64,000 bases of DNA, from assembly GCF_964194155.1 (NCBI RefSeq), contig NC_135916.1, positions 930,001-994,000 on the forward strand, given 5' to 3'. The first letter of the stretch is position 1. The number at the start of each line of letters is the position of its first letter. Positions 36,207-50,525 of the stretch are shown here, one piece after another. Made by a program: the position numbers and the translations under genes. The notes under the pieces are model-generated. The model made no database searches. It worked only from the letters and a program-made list of their open reading frames with translations, and was not told the DNA's origin. The DNA comes from Cetorhinus maximus. Taxonomy: Eukaryota.

Positions 36207-37460
36207 GTCTCTCCCTCTCCCTCTACTCCCTCTCTCTTTCTCCATCCCTCCCTCNNNNNNNNNNNNNNNNNNNNNNNNNNNNNNNNNNNNNNNNNNNNNN
36301 NNNNNNNNNNNNNNNNNNNNNNNNNNNNNNNNNNNNNNNNNNNNNNNNNNNNNNNNNNNNNNNNNNNNNNNNNNNNNNNNNNNNNNNNNNNNNNNNNNNN
36401 NNNNNNCTTTCCCCCACCGTGTCTCTCTTTCCCACTCCCCCTCTCTCCTTCCCATTCCCTCCTTCTCACTTTCTACCCCTCTCTCTCTCTTCCCCCTCCC
36501 TCCCTAACTCTTTCCCCTTCTCTCTTTTCCCGCTCCCTCCCTCTCTTTCTCCCTCCCTCCCGCTCTATTTCACACTCCCTCCCTCTCCCCTTCCCCCTCC
36601 CTCTCTCTTTCTCCCTACTTCCCTCTCTCTCCCCCTCCCTCCATCCCTCTCTCTTTCCCCTCCCTCACTTTACCCCTCCATCCCTCTCTTTTTCCCATTT
36701 TTTCTCCTACCCCTCCCTATCTCTTTCCCTCTCCCTCTCTCTTTCCTCCTCCCTCCCTCTCTCCTTCCCCTTCCCTCCCTCTCTCTTTCTCCCTCCCTCA
36801 CGCTCTTTTTCACCCTCCCTCCCTCTTTCTCCCTCCCTCCCTCCCTTTTCTCCCTCCCTCTCTCTTTCTCCTTCCCTCCCTCTCTCTCCCTCCCTCTCTC
36901 TTTCCACCCTCCTCTCTTTACCCCTCCCTCGCTCTCTCTTTTCCCCTTCTCTTTTTCCCCCTCCCTGTGTCTCTCTTTCCCACTCCCCTTCTCTCCTTCC
37001 CATTCCCTCCCTCTCACTTTCTACCTCTCTCTCTCTTCCCCCTCCCTCCCTAACTCTTTCCCCCTTCTCTCTTTTCCCCCTCCGTCCCTCTCTTTCTCCC
37101 TCCCTCCCGCTCTATTTCACACTCCCTCCCTCTCTCCTACCCCCTCCCTCTCTCTTGCTCCCTCCTTCCCTCTCTCTTCCCCCTCCCTCCATCCCTCTCT
37201 CTTTCCCCTCCCTCACTTTACCCCTCCCTCCCTCTCATTTCCCCCNNNNNNNNNNNNNNNNNNNNNNNNNNNNNNNNNNNNNNNNNNNNNNNNNNNNNNN
37301 NNNNNNNNNNNNNNNNNNNNNNNNNNNNNNNNNNNNNNNNNNNNNNNNNNNNNNNNNNNNNNNNNNNNNNNNNNNNNNNNNNNNNNNNNNNNNNNNNNNN
37401 NNNNNNNNNNNNNNNNNNNNNNNNNNNNNNNNNNNNNNNNNNNNNNNNNNNNNCTCTCCG
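36207..37460. repeat. CT-rich polypyrimidine tract with two assembly gaps (N 36255-36406, 37246-37453)
   Basis: Nearly pure C/T; an internal block at ~36420-36580 recurs at ~36968-37130. Confidence 0.92.
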
Positions 37461-38509
37461 TTTAATTTTTACATGTTTGTATAGGTTATTTTACATGTCA
37501 TGGACAAAGTAATAGGGTATATAAAAATGGCAGTGTGGACACTCCCGCTGTGTTGTGGGTGAGGCAGTCACTGCCATTTCCCTTCGAGCCTCTCTCCACC
37601 CCCCAACTCCTCTCAGAAGGTAAAACGGTGAAGGGACTTCTATTTTTTTTAAATCTCCAGTTCGGGTCAGCCTGACACTGTCCAAAAATCCACTATCAGC
37701 GAGTGTGGGATTAAGCTTTAATGTAAGGTCTCTGGTTGGTGAGTTTCGGATATATTGTCACTGGTCAGTGCACGGGGAGCAATTAAGACAAGAACATTTG
37801 GAGGTATAGAGAAAGGCTACATTGTCTTTCACGTTCAAGAAACGTATTGATGTCTGCCATCAATGCAAATACTTTAAAACAGACAGGATTGCATCCTGCA
37901 GAGGAATCAGGTCACCTGAATATGTGCGGGACTCAAACCTTAGAGATTTTAAAAGTTAATGATTGAGAATCGAGAATATACCCCCCAGGTCCCACCACCC
38001 CCACCCCGTCTCAGCTCCTCAGGCTCCCCAGAATCGGGAAGGATGGTCGAAAGGAGGGGACAATCTGCCCAGGAATTTTTACATGAGCTGAACTTGCGTG
38101 GATCTGAATTTAGAAAAGGAGAGAGTGCATGAAAGGGGCGGGCAAATCAGACTAATACCGTTGTGTTTGTGCGTCCCTACTGATCGTGAGATTTCCGAAA
38201 CAATATTGTGTAATGTGCATGTAATTCCGATTCAAACATTCCCTCACCTCCCCTACTTAACCCCAAAGTGAGTCTTCGAGGGGATTTCTTTTCTCATTTC
38301 CAGATTTAAGTCCAAAAGTAGAGAAATTCTCAGAGATGGGGTGAGAGAGCATGCCCAGCACGGCGGCAAAACGCGATAATGTCGAGCATGGAGTCTTCAA
38401 TTCGCGTGACATCTTTTCGACAGCAAACATTACAATGTCAGAGATAAGATGGATTCAGTCTGGGAAACTGGAGAGCCGGAATTTCCATGGAATTGGGGAG
38501 TTTGTGAGG

Positions 38510-38592
38510 AGAGAAAAACACAGAGAGGCAGCAGCAGCCTGGAGCTGACAGCAGCCTGTCTCCGCCCCGTCCGCTCGCTGCCTTTAAGTTGC
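38510..38592 (+). promoter_or_regulatory. H1 promoter: H1 box, GC box, TATA-like
   Basis: AAACACA at 38516-38522, CCGCCC at ~38562, TTTAAG at ~38583; near-identical at ~57258-57335. Confidence 0.7.
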
Positions 38593-38668
38593 TCAGTGCC
38601 GCCACCAGCGGCTTCATTTCAGAGGCCGTTCAGATTGACAGAGACACTTTTGTGCAGAATCCCGGAAC

Positions 38669-39325
38669 ATGACCGATACTGCAGCCGCCGAAACGGCTCC
38701 TCCAGCCGCTCCCGCCGCCCAGGTCAAGACTCCCAAGAAGAAGAAGAAGGCGGCTCCCCGGAGCAGTGCAGCCGGTCCCAAGCTGGGCGAGCAGATCCTC
38801 AAGGTGGTGGCGGATTGCAGCGATCGCAAGGGGATGTCGCTGCCCGCGATCAAGAAGGCGCTGCGCGGCAAAGGGCTGGATGTGGAGAAACTGGGCTCCC
38901 AGATCAAGCAAAGCATCAAGAGGAATGTGAAGAATGGCTTCCTGGTTCAGGTCAAGGGCACGGGCGCCTCGGGCTCCTTCAAAGTCCCTAAGAACCCAAC
39001 CCCGGGGAAAGTGGGAAAGAAGGCGAAGGCAGCAGCTGGCAAGAAATCTCCAGTGAAGAAAGCGGCAGCCAAGAAGGTGACAGCAAAGAAAGCAACGGCC
39101 AAGAAGACTCCAGTCAAGAAAGCAACGGCCAAGAAATCTCCAGTCAAGAAAGCAGCGGCCAAGAAATCCCCAGCGAAGAAAGCAGCGGCCAAGAAACCAG
39201 CCAAGAAGGCGGCAACTCCCAAAAAGCCGGTGAAGAAAGCAGCCCCCAAGAAAAAGTCTCCGGCCAAGAAGGTGACGGGCGTCAAAAAAGTGGCGATAGG
39301 GAGGGCCAAGCCCAAAACGAGATAA
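38669..39325 (+). CDS. H1: Linker histone H1 (218 aa)
   Basis: Globular domain ending LVQVKGTGASGSFK and a K/A/P-rich tail with SPxK/TPxK sites; stem-loop follows. Confidence 0.97.
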   Translation: MTDTAAAETAPPAAPAAQVKTPKKKKKAAPRSSAAGPKLGEQILKVVADCSDRKGMSLPAIKKALRGKGLDVEKLGSQIKQSIKRNVKNGFLVQVKGTGASGSFKVPKNPTPGKVGKKAKAAAGKKSPVKKAAAKKVTAKKATAKKTPVKKATAKKSPVKKAAAKKSPAKKAAAKKPAKKAATPKKPVKKAAPKKKSPAKKVTGVKKVAIGRAKPKTR

Positions 39326-39382
39326 GCAAAGACAGGAAAGAAGGGAAAGATCCCGAGCAAATTGTAAACCTCTAAACCCAAA

Positions 39383-39423
39383 GGCTCTTTTCAGAGCCAC
39401 CCACATTTCACATGAAAGAGCTG
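39383..39423 (+). terminator. H1 stem-loop + HDE
   Basis: GGCTCTTTTCAGAGCC-ACCCA then GAAAGAGCTG. Confidence 0.95.
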
Positions 39424-40178
39424 ATCCCCTGATCATTTGATCCCTGTCTCCGCGCTGGGAGCTGATTTCAGGTGGAAATGTTTTATTTTCCTGTAAATCC
39501 AGTTTTCCCCGCTGACTGACTGAAATGCGCTCCACCCGCACTTCCACTCCCTCCCCCAACTCCGACTCTCATTCCTGCAATAACACACATCGATATCCTT
39601 TCCGATTAGTATCCAAGGTGTGTCCGAGAGCACTTAATGTTTATCTTCCTTTATTCACATTTTCAGGGTGGGAGTCTACAATAGAGAAACCAGGTGTAAA
39701 GGAAACTCCTCACAGCTGACACCAAAACCCATTATTTTCTCTCATTCGGTTGGGAGAGATGTTGGCAAAATTCCCAATCCTAGGAGGGGAGTTGTGGGTG
39801 GGGATGGAATTGGAGCTGGGGTTGAAATCGAAGCAGAATTTGACTCGTATGGAAAGTTTATTATTGAGGCGGAAATGATCCGGACAAGACGATGTTTAAT
39901 AGATTCGAGTTGGTAATTAGCTGCTTCATGATATTCAAGTGTGTAAGTTCTGTTCAAAGCGTCTGTTCAATTCCCTTTAGAATTGGACAAAATACAATTC
40001 TGTTTCTGGCAGGCAGGAGGAGGAGCTGGTTTACCAAAGACTTTGTTCTGTCTGTCACTCAGTCTCTCCCGCCCCGCCTCTCTCACACACTCTCTCCGTT
40101 CCTCAGTTAGGTCGGGGCGGGCTGTATAAAAGCGGAACGTGAAGCAGCTCCCAACTCATTCAGCAGGGATTTGACTGA

Positions 40179-40499
<321 letters not shown>

Positions 40500-40532
40500 A
40501 CAAATCGACCCGACTCTCTAACAAAACCCAAA

Positions 40533-40575
40533 GGCTCTTCTAAGAGCCGCCCACAACCTCACATTGAGAGCAGTG
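40533..40575 (+). terminator. H4 stem-loop + HDE
   Basis: GGCTCT-TCTA-AGAGCC then GAGAGCAG. Confidence 0.92.
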
Positions 40576-41675
40576 ACTTCTGAAGGGGGAGAGGGGAAAA
40601 TAAATCTCTGTATGTTTTTATTAAGAGGCACTGCTTTGCCACCAATGCATCCTCTTCTCACAATACCATCGTGAGTCCCCAAAATGCCTTGGTTTAATTT
40701 AAATCAGTTTTCACGAATTACCGTTCTTTCTACCCGAGGACCACGGCTGTACCCAATGTAACGTCGAATTTCATCAGGAGAAACTATTCTTAAACCTTTT
40801 ATTCCCCCTTCGTCGCTCTAATATTATTCATTAATTTTTCCCCATCGGTTTCTGTTCCTGGGTCTTTGACGCATGACAGAACCTGGGCGGTACCAGCTTT
40901 ATATGGATCAGCCTGTATCGATTCAGCATGTCTGAACAGAGCTTTATCCTGGCCTGTCGCTGAACAATCAGATAAAGAATCCGAATTCAAGACAGGTTAT
41001 AAGGCAGACATTGACTGGCTCTTGCTGCCGATTATATTCAGATCAGATTTTACAGCAGCCATGAATCAGACCAATATCGATTTACAGACTTGAAAAATAA
41101 AACTACCCTAAATCACCTCTATTCTGCAACACGGGCCGAACAGAAGGTTTGAACAGATAGCTGTTTGATGGCCGCCCAGGACACGATGGACTGTTTCTAT
41201 GTTTTACAACTTTATTTCTCTATCAGAAGGGAAAACTCTGCTTTTGGCGCTCGGTTTGGACTATACTAAACATGCATTTCGGAATAATTGTGGAAGAGAG
41301 TTTGAATGAAAGTGGGGTATTGGGTAAATCCATTAAATTGAGGTCCACCGGGCAAGGGCACATGGTTGTGATGTACAGTTAAAGGCAAAATGTTATTCAA
41401 ACGCAACACATAATGAAGCCGGAATGAGAGAGGGATGCAGTTTCCGCCAGTTCATTTTACCTAACACGATAATTAGAACATAATCGTTAATCAATGTAAA
41501 TTTCGACAGATACACGGTTTAAATAAACGGTCGGCAAGCCCTCCTCCCCCATAAAGACCCCACCGCGCACCCTTTCACCAGCAGAAACAGGAATCACACC
41601 ATTTTCTCTTTAACATCTATAGCGCGTTGACATTAAAATACCGAGTCGGTTGATGAGGTTTCGATGTGAGTGCCA

Positions 41676-41920
41676 AAATTTCCCCCATCAATAGGAGTTT
41701 AATTCCGCCCTGTTGTAAACCGATCAGGGAAAGAATGAGAATTTAATCCACGTTCCAAAGCAGGAAGTCGGTGCCTGGTTAATTTAAACCGTTATTGTTC
41801 ATAAGGTTTACATGTGTCCGAAAAATTTTCGCCCATCAATAGGAGGCTTATTCCAGCCCGTTATCAACCGAGCAGGGAATGAATGAGAATTTAATCCGAG
41901 TTCCAAAGACAGGAAGTTGT
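41676..41920. repeat. Local duplication (~97 bp x2) in the H4-H3 spacer
   Basis: CCCATCAATAGGAG...GAATTTAATCC...CAGGAAGT at 41676-41772 and 41822-41920; single copy at ~60735 and ~63589. Confidence 0.8.
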
Positions 41921-42039
41921 ATCCGGGTGAAAAATGGGGCGCACAGACATCGAGGTTTACGATTTTTTTTATATTTTGAGATTGAATTTATCTGCCTTCA
42001 AACTCGGTTTAATTAATTTCCTTTTTACTTGTTCCTATG

Positions 42040-42657
<618 letters not shown>

Positions 42658-42700
42658 ACTGAACCCTACCCGACTCTAGACTTACACCGAAAACCACAAA

Positions 42701-42741
42701 GGCTCTTTTAAGAGCCACCAAGTCGGTCAGAGAAAGAGCTG
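42701..42741 (+). terminator. H3 stem-loop + HDE
   Basis: GGCTCT-TTTA-AGAGCC-ACCA then GAAAGAGCTG. Confidence 0.95.
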
Positions 42742-45347
42742 CGATCTATTGTTAAAAGACGCCACCTCTTCTGCATATAATTTCCATTTTTTTTCACCCT
42801 ATACCTTTCCTTTGCTACCTTTGTTGGGCTTTGGAGAGACGGTTATTTTATTATTCCAGGAACGTTTTCCCAAGTAGTGACAATTGAGGAAAACACACAT
42901 CCCATTGGCTTCTGCACATTATCAGTCAGATCTCTGTTTGAGTGACCAATGTGGAGGATCCACGCATTCACTCATTTTATACCTTCGGGAGGAATGGCGG
43001 TGCGGTCAATGCTTATTGGTCCATTTTATTACAGCTGCTAATGTTCTTCCTATTACCAATCAGATCCCTGCATGATTCACCAACGTGGAGCCGTCACGTG
43101 GTTGACGTCCGAAAGTAATGGCGCCAAATCGTCAGTTACCGACCCATTATATATTTCAAATTTGCAAGACCGCCAAAAAAATACGGCACAAAAATCGTAA
43201 TAGCTAATTCCCTTTTTAAATTATAACAATGCGCGATTCACCCAACTCTCTCCATCTTTTGGACATCCTGCAGTTTACCTGTATCTGTTAGTTTCTGACT
43301 TTTGAGTGCGGAGTTTCATGTATCTGACATGAAGCAGAAATTAAAGCGCCAATTTTGCAGGAACCGAGCCTTTGTTTTATTGAACATTGAAAAGCCCGCC
43401 TAAACGTGTGTAAAACGAATAATTAATTTGATACAGAATATTGCCTTAACATATAACACAGTCATTTCCATAGTTTAAAAGATTGGTCTCCCTTATTGCA
43501 CTATATCATATTTGATCACAAGCCCCAAATTGGCTATTAAAATCCGGAATCCATTCGGGTTTAATCTCGGACCGTTTTTCCAGTCCTCTTAGTCTATGTT
43601 CAACATATTCTGGCATTGGAATATGGGCTTTTGTTAGGACTCTCTGCACCTTGTATATCATTGTCCATTCTTTGAATATGATGCTCACTTTTCAACTTTT
43701 TAATGTAGCATGTGAACATGGATTTTAATCAGGACTTATCAGTTGTTGACTGTGTATAAGTGTCATATTCCTTCTGTATGTATCAGCCTCTGGTGCTGTG
43801 TATGAATCTTGCTAACCTTTGTTATGTGCCTGTTGTGGTTCTGGAAATGGCTGCAGAATTAATACTCTAAATGTAAATTTTGGACACTGTGGGCATTGAA
43901 TTCGTTTTTTTTTCACCATATCTGTTAAGAATTGATGAATTGTGTGTTTTATTATGTGTTTTCACTTAGTTGAATACTGTGATAGAGTTGAATTAATCCT
44001 GTACCCACCAGTGTGTTGTATTGTATGTGGAGGAATACATTTTGCCCTCTGTGTAGGACTCTGTACTGCTATGCATGGAAGAGTGCATTCATTCTATCTG
44101 CAATATTTTCTGGTACTATCCGTGAGAGGGATTCCATCTGAATCTGTCAATATCTGGAACTAAATGTGAGAATGAAGTTGATACGGATCCAGCCAAGCTG
44201 TTTGAGAGCAATATTTTTTTGTGTGTCAGTCAATCTGGGCAATTTTATGTCATTCTGGGTTTTTGGCTCTGCGTCCTTAAGACTTTTCTAAAAAGATTTG
44301 TGTATGTCTGTGGCTCCTGCTCTCCATTTAATTCCCTGCTACTCTGTATGTGGTTGAATAAAGCATTGCTTCCCAATATATTGTTAGTTTCTTGCTCTAT
44401 ATTTATTAGTCACTTAAATTGATGGAGTGTGTATTCACTCATTTAGCTGACAGTGAGTGTGATTCATTCAAATTATCCATGCATCTGCTATTGCATGGGA
44501 ATGTGCCACTCTCTGCATGTCTTTCAGTGCCTAGTACAATGCATGATTTTGGGATTAAATTGTACATGACAGCGTCCGGTAAGGTATGTGTTTGTGGAGT
44601 TATTTCTATAATGTTATGGCCTCTATGATTCTATATGAATGAGATTATTTTGGTATACTTCAGTTTCAGGTAGGCTAAGTGAATGTGGGGTTCATTATTT
44701 ATCTTTCAGCCTTGGTGCTTTCCAAGAGTAAGTGCTAAGGGTTAACAAGAAGTGTTCAGAGAACTTACATTATGATTCATAGTGAGAATATTGATATGGC
44801 ACGTGTTGTGTATTAAGGTCTGTATTCATTAAAATTATATTTTACCTTTATTTCAGATATTGTATGAGATCTTTGGTGTGGAATTTAATATGTTGTTCTG
44901 TGGGGCATCTGGGTACATTCTTAGCTTCACATATACAGCTGATTGAAATGCACAGATTTAATGCTAAGACTCCACTCTTGTGAAAGGAATGGATTGTCTT
45001 GCAATCTGAAAATGTTTTTGGATAAGATTGATGGGCCTACCATTCTGTGACACTCAATGAGTGTGAATTGGGGATAATATTCTGTCTCCCCTGTCGTGTT
45101 TGAATGTTGTATTGAACATGTCTGCCCATTTTTGGTTTAACCTATAACATGGGTTCTACCAATGTTATAGCCATAGGTTATATTCTGTAGTTGCATCGGA
45201 GTTCAAGAATGGTACTCAATTTGTAGCTCTGTGAAAACAATTGTGAATAGCTACATCCCCTTCAATCAACTATATAGCCTCACATGTAATTGATGCAGTT
45301 TGTAGTCAAGGAATTACCATTGTACCTTTATTCATGCAGAGCTTTTC

Positions 45348-45827
45348 ATAGAATCACAGAATCACACAGTGCAGAAGAGGTCCTTCAGCCCATCGAGTCT
45401 GCAACAACACGTGAGAAACACCTGACCTACCTACCTAATCCCATTTACCAGCACTTGGCCCATAGCCTTGAATGTGATGATGTGCCAAGTGCTCATCCAA
45501 GTACATTTTAAAGGATGTGAGGCAACCCGCCTCCACCACCCTCCCAGGCAGTGCATTCCAAACCGTCACCACCCTCTGGGTAAAAATTTGTTCCTCACAT
45601 CCTTCATAAACCTCTTGCCCCTCACCTTGAACTTACGCCCCCTCGTGACTGACTCTTCAGCCAAGGGGAACAGCTGCTCCCTATCCACCCTGTCCATGCC
45701 CCTCATAATCTTGTACACCTCGATCAGGTCACCCCTCAGTCTTCTCTGCTCCAACGAAAACAACCCAAGCCTATCCAACATCTCTTCATAACTTCAATGT
45801 TTCATCCCAGGCAACATCCTGGTGAAT
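45348..45827 (-). mobile_element. CR1 3' fragment
   Basis: [32 protein letters not shown] and the tail. Confidence 0.92.
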
Positions 45828-47319
45828 ATTTTGTTAGACTGCTATGAAATATATAGCCCTGTCTAAATTCTGAGGCACTGATTTGCATTTTATTAAGTAC
45901 CTTACAGTGAGCTATCTTATTTTCTGTTCTGGCTAAGAGCAGTTAAATAATATCTGATGAGAATGAAAGAGTGAATATGATATTTGTTGTGTATTCTGTT
46001 AATCCTTTGATATTCTGCTGGATTAGATGCTAGATGGATATATAAAGCAAGTTAATGAAGACTCACCGGATCTGTTTGTCTCTTGGATTGAACAGTTGTC
46101 TCTTCCCTTTGAAACAGTGTGGGAATGAATGATTATTTATTTGTGACAGTGGACATAATGACCTGGCAGCATCTCTGTTCTCTGTGAGCGATGCTGCACC
46201 TACCTTGTGTTGGAACAAGCTCACTTTTCATCTTGCTTATGTTATAACTTTTATAGTTATCACTATTATGTATCCACCTTAGTTACTAGCCTCATCTGTC
46301 AATGCATAGCATTGTTTGTGAGCTGAGATTTGTTCACTTCTTTTTAAATTGATCCTTTCAACCATTTTATGTTTACTATTGTTTCCACTCCATATTAATT
46401 TATTAATTTGCAGGCCTGTACTATTATTTGAGTAATGTTTCCATTTTTAAAAATGAGGCTGAATTTCACTTTCATAACACATGGGTGATAAGATTATTTT
46501 GTCATCTTATTTGAATTAGGATCCCCTTCTTTTCTGCAATTAATTCTATGAATTGCATGTAAAGTCACTGGGATACATTTAGGTATTTTAACCTGTATCA
46601 AATATATTTTTTTCTCTGGAATGGAAGTGTGATGTTGGTCTGTAACTCTCAGGCTGTATTTGCAATTACACTGCACGTTAATTTTGTTGTGAGTGAATGA
46701 CTTTTTAAAAAATCCATCCATGTCTTTTTTTTTTAGCATAAGATGTGTTTCATTCTCTATTTTCCAGTTTTCTTTTAGATAATGAGTGTAAGTTCTGTAT
46801 AATTGTGTGCATTTTCAGGTATGTGAGTATGATTAGTTTTTCTCCTCCAGTTGTATTTATTAATTTCTCAGAGGCTAAAATGTGACTTTGCCATGGTACC
46901 TGTCAGTTACTGGTAAGTGAGTGCTGGTGTTACACTGTCCCTGTGAATATCTGGTGTATGAGCATTACTTTGTAGCACTTCATTACTTGCAAGTGACTTT
47001 TTTTTCTCCCTCTATCTGTCAGTTTGTGGCATGTGAGTTTGAATGTGTGTGTTGGGCTTACTTGGCATTTGACTGTTTTGTTACGTGTCTGCTAAGTTAA
47101 TGTGAATATACACTTTTTTTTTCAGTTTTTAAAATGTAAACATGTGTTTGAGTCTTATTCCCGGTCTCTGACATGAAAATGAGGAAATACCATAAATGTT
47201 TCAGATTTTTTTTCTGTATGTGTCACATATATTCTTTAATCATTCGTCTCTTGTAAAGAAATTCTAAGATTTACTCAGATTCTCTCAGTAAAGTTATGTC
47301 ATTGTGTGATTGTAGAACT

Positions 47320-47572
47320 GTGTGTGAGCCTGTCTGTGTGTGTGTGCCTGTCTGTGTGTGTGCGCCTGTCTGTGTGTGTGCGCCTGTCTGTGTGTGTGCG
47401 CCTGTCTGTGTGTGTGCGGGGGTGTGTGTGTGTGTGTGTGCGCCTGTCCTTGTGTGTGGGTGTGTGTGCCTCCCTGTGTGTGTGCGCCTGTCTGTCTCTT
47501 TGCGTGCCTGTCTGTGTATGCGCTTGTCTGTGTGTGTGCGCCTGTCCTTGTGTGTGGGTGTGTGTGCCTGTT
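47320..47572. repeat. (TG)n-derived 18-bp tandem repeat
   Basis: TGTGTGTGTGCGCCTGTC repeated. Confidence 0.9.
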
Positions 47573-48139
47573 TATGCTCCTTTTGTCTCTCTTATGTGTG
47601 AATGGACTTTTCTCTCTATCTGTCATTTTTCAATATGTACTTGTGCACATTGACTGGCACTCACAAGTATCTGGCATGGTGTTAAAGGCTAATTTTGTAC
47701 ATATCCAGTTTTAGCCTTTCTCTTAGGATAGCCTTGGCTTTAAGTTGTAATATTCGGCTTCTGGTATGGAAGTGCACATTTTACCTGTACCTGACCCTTT
47801 TAGATATGAGATTCTGGTACTGAAATTGTCTGCTCGTTTCTAGCCTCTGATGTGAGCATGACTTTTACTTTTGTTAAAGTTAGCATTTTTAATGAGACTC
47901 TGCATTTACTGTGAATTTCAGTATCTGATCTACGATTGTGGATTTTAATCAGTCCTGATTTGTTTCTGTTTGGGATTGATATCTCTGTTATAGGAGTGAT
48001 ATATTCCATTCTGTTATTGTCTCTTTCTAATGAGGTGAACGATCCTTTTTGATCAGAATCTGTTTAATTTGGTGCCTGAATATGGGATTTGCTTTGCAAT
48101 TGTCAGATTTTGACATGAAGGAATGTTTATAATCTGTAG

Positions 48140-48372
48140 CAAAAGCAAAAACAAAATATCTACAAGTGGATTCTTGAAATCTCAAGAAAAAGGAAACACA
48201 ATTGCTGGGAATACTGAGCAGGCCAGACAACATCTGTGGAGACAAGAGCTGAATTACCCTCCACCTGAAAATTCTGATATCAGAAAAGGTCATTGAACTG
48301 TGATGTTCACTCTCATCCTGTCTCCACAGGTGTTGGCTTCCTTGCTGAGTATTTCCTGCATTGTTGGTGTTT
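48140..48372. mobile_element. Degraded Penelope pLTR remnant (inverted arrangement)
   Basis: TGCTGGGAATACTGAGCAGG...CTTGCTGAGTATTTCCTGCA. Confidence 0.6.
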
Positions 48373-49899
48373 CTTCCTCCCCCTGTACGTGTTAATTTCC
48401 AACAAGTGAATATGGCATCACTGATCACCTGCCAATGTCTGACAAATATGTTTCACTTCTATTCTGACAGGGTTTCAACGTACAATTTGGTGTGCGTGTG
48501 TGCACATGTGCATGTTTCTAGAAAGGAAGAAATTTATTTTTTCTGCACTTTACATAGAATGCTATGCGAATGTCAGTTCAGCCTGTATCTGTCACTTTTT
48601 AACATGTTACTACGAGTCTTATTCTTTACCTGTCTATGAATGGGGATTTTAAAATGCACCTAGTTATTTGCTGCTGTGTGACTTTTTTCTTTTATAGATG
48701 TTTGGAATTAATTATGGGTTTTTAAAAAAAAATATACGTAATTCAAAAATTATCTGAAAGAACATTTCTACATCGCCATCACAAAAAGTGCAATCAGATT
48801 CAACTTTTACACATGGATCAAGAGTTGCTTCTATACAATCAATGAATATTACAATCAATTCAATATGGTCATTACAGGCAGTCAGACAGCGCAATGATAT
48901 TGGAGTTATCAACATACATCATGTTGCACTTTTGAGGTGTTTCAATACTATTACTATTCAGTGCAGATATTTTTTTGTGAGCCGTACAGCTTTACTCTGG
49001 GAATTTAACTCTCTGTAATGCACTTGTGGCTATTACTCTGCACCTGCCAGTGCCTGACATGTGAGGATGCATTTTGCATTCACTGTTGCTGACATGTAAA
49101 GCAAATTTTACTACTTAACTCTCAGTTACTGGTATATAGATGTGCAGATTTTATTCTGTATCTGTAATTCTGTGATATGTCAGTTTGATTCATTTTCCTG
49201 TTGTTTGGCTCAGGGTCAGAAATATGAGCATGGAAAAAAAATATGTTGAAACACTTAGGCTATTTTAAATGAATGAGAATTTAATTATTTGCTTTCAATC
49301 CCCAGAATGAGAATGTGCCCTATGCTTATCATATTCTTGTATGTGAGTATTGTCTTTCCTCCAGGTCTCTATGCACCTTGTAGGTCATGGTCGGTTTTGC
49401 TGTGAACATGTCAGCCTGTATTACTTGATTGTGATGTTCACATTGCAGCTTTCAATTTAGTGTGTGAGCATGGACCATTCGCTCCCTCCCCCCAACCCCT
49501 CAACCCAAACCTACAGATTTTGATGCATGTTCATGTGTGATTTTACCGTAGCTATCAACGTCTGCTTTCTGGGTATCCATTTTCTTCCTATTTTTAAAAT
49601 TCTGTTATGGGAAACTTGATTTTATTCTACACCTCTCTATCGCTGGTATGTGTCTGTGGTTTTACAATGTAAGCATCTGCCCCTGTCATGGGAATTCAGG
49701 TTTCTTCTGTATCTGTCAGTCTCTCCTATGACAGTGCTGTAATGTTATTTGCCGTACTTGTCAATATCTGCTTTGTCAGTTAAGGTTTAACCTATCTTCT
49801 TTGTAGAGATCTGTTGATATAACTATTAGTGAGTATATTGACCTGGCACGTGATGTGTATGTGTGTCTGTCTTAATGAATATGTACTTTATCATTATCA

Positions 49900-50525
49900 G
49901 GGGGAGGCGATGGTGTTGTGATGTTGTCATTGTTGTCACTATTAATCCAAAGACCTAGGGTAATACTCTGGGGACCCGGGTTCGAATCCTGCCGAGGTTT
50001 GGCGGATTGTGAATTCAATAAAAATCTGGAATTAAAAGAATAATGGTGACCATTGTCGATTGTTGTAAGAACCCACCTGGTTGACCAATGCCGGAAACCT
50101 GTTGTCCTTACTTAGTCTGGTCTACATGTGGTGTTGTGTTAGACCCACTTGGCCACTCAGTTGTAATAAACTGCTAAAAAGTCACAAAAATGGAATGGAA
50201 TCAGATGGACCACCCGACACTGACTGAGGCACCGGAAACAAAAATGACTAAATTCAGCCCTGTCGACCCTGAAGGTAGATGGGAACACCTCCAGCTAGAA
50301 TTTCCACTCCAAGTCACTGCACGATCCTGACTTGGAAATATATCCTGTTCCTTCACTGTCGCTGGGGAAAAATTTTGGAACTGCCTCCCTAACAGCAGTG
50401 TGGGTGTACCTACACCACGTGGACAGCAGGAGTTCAAGAAAGCAGCTCACCACCACCTTCTCAAGGGCAACTAAATGGTGGCACAGCCAGAAAAGCAAAC
50501 ATCCCGTGAATGAATTTAAAAAAAG
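49900..50525 (+). mobile_element. tRNA-SINE head/body followed by a LINE 3' tail with a single copy of the minisatellite unit
   Basis: B box GGTTCGAATCC at ~49979; CCCTAACAGCAGTGTGGGTGTACCTACACCAC at ~50387-50418; tail CCCGTGAATGAAT. Confidence 0.75.

Larger units (their letters stand above)
43280..49800. repeat. Second degenerate ~41-46-bp repeat region, interrupted by TEs
   Basis: Same consensus and strand as 23000-27330; e.g. ~46895 GTACCTGTCAGTTACTGGTAAGTGAGTG, ~49150, ~49700. Confidence 0.6.

Noticed and set aside
38614-39559. Long antisense or alternate-frame ORFs over H1, H4, H3, H2A, H2B and Tx1
   Set aside because: Shadow frames of GC-rich, codon-biased genes; no independent domain or signals.
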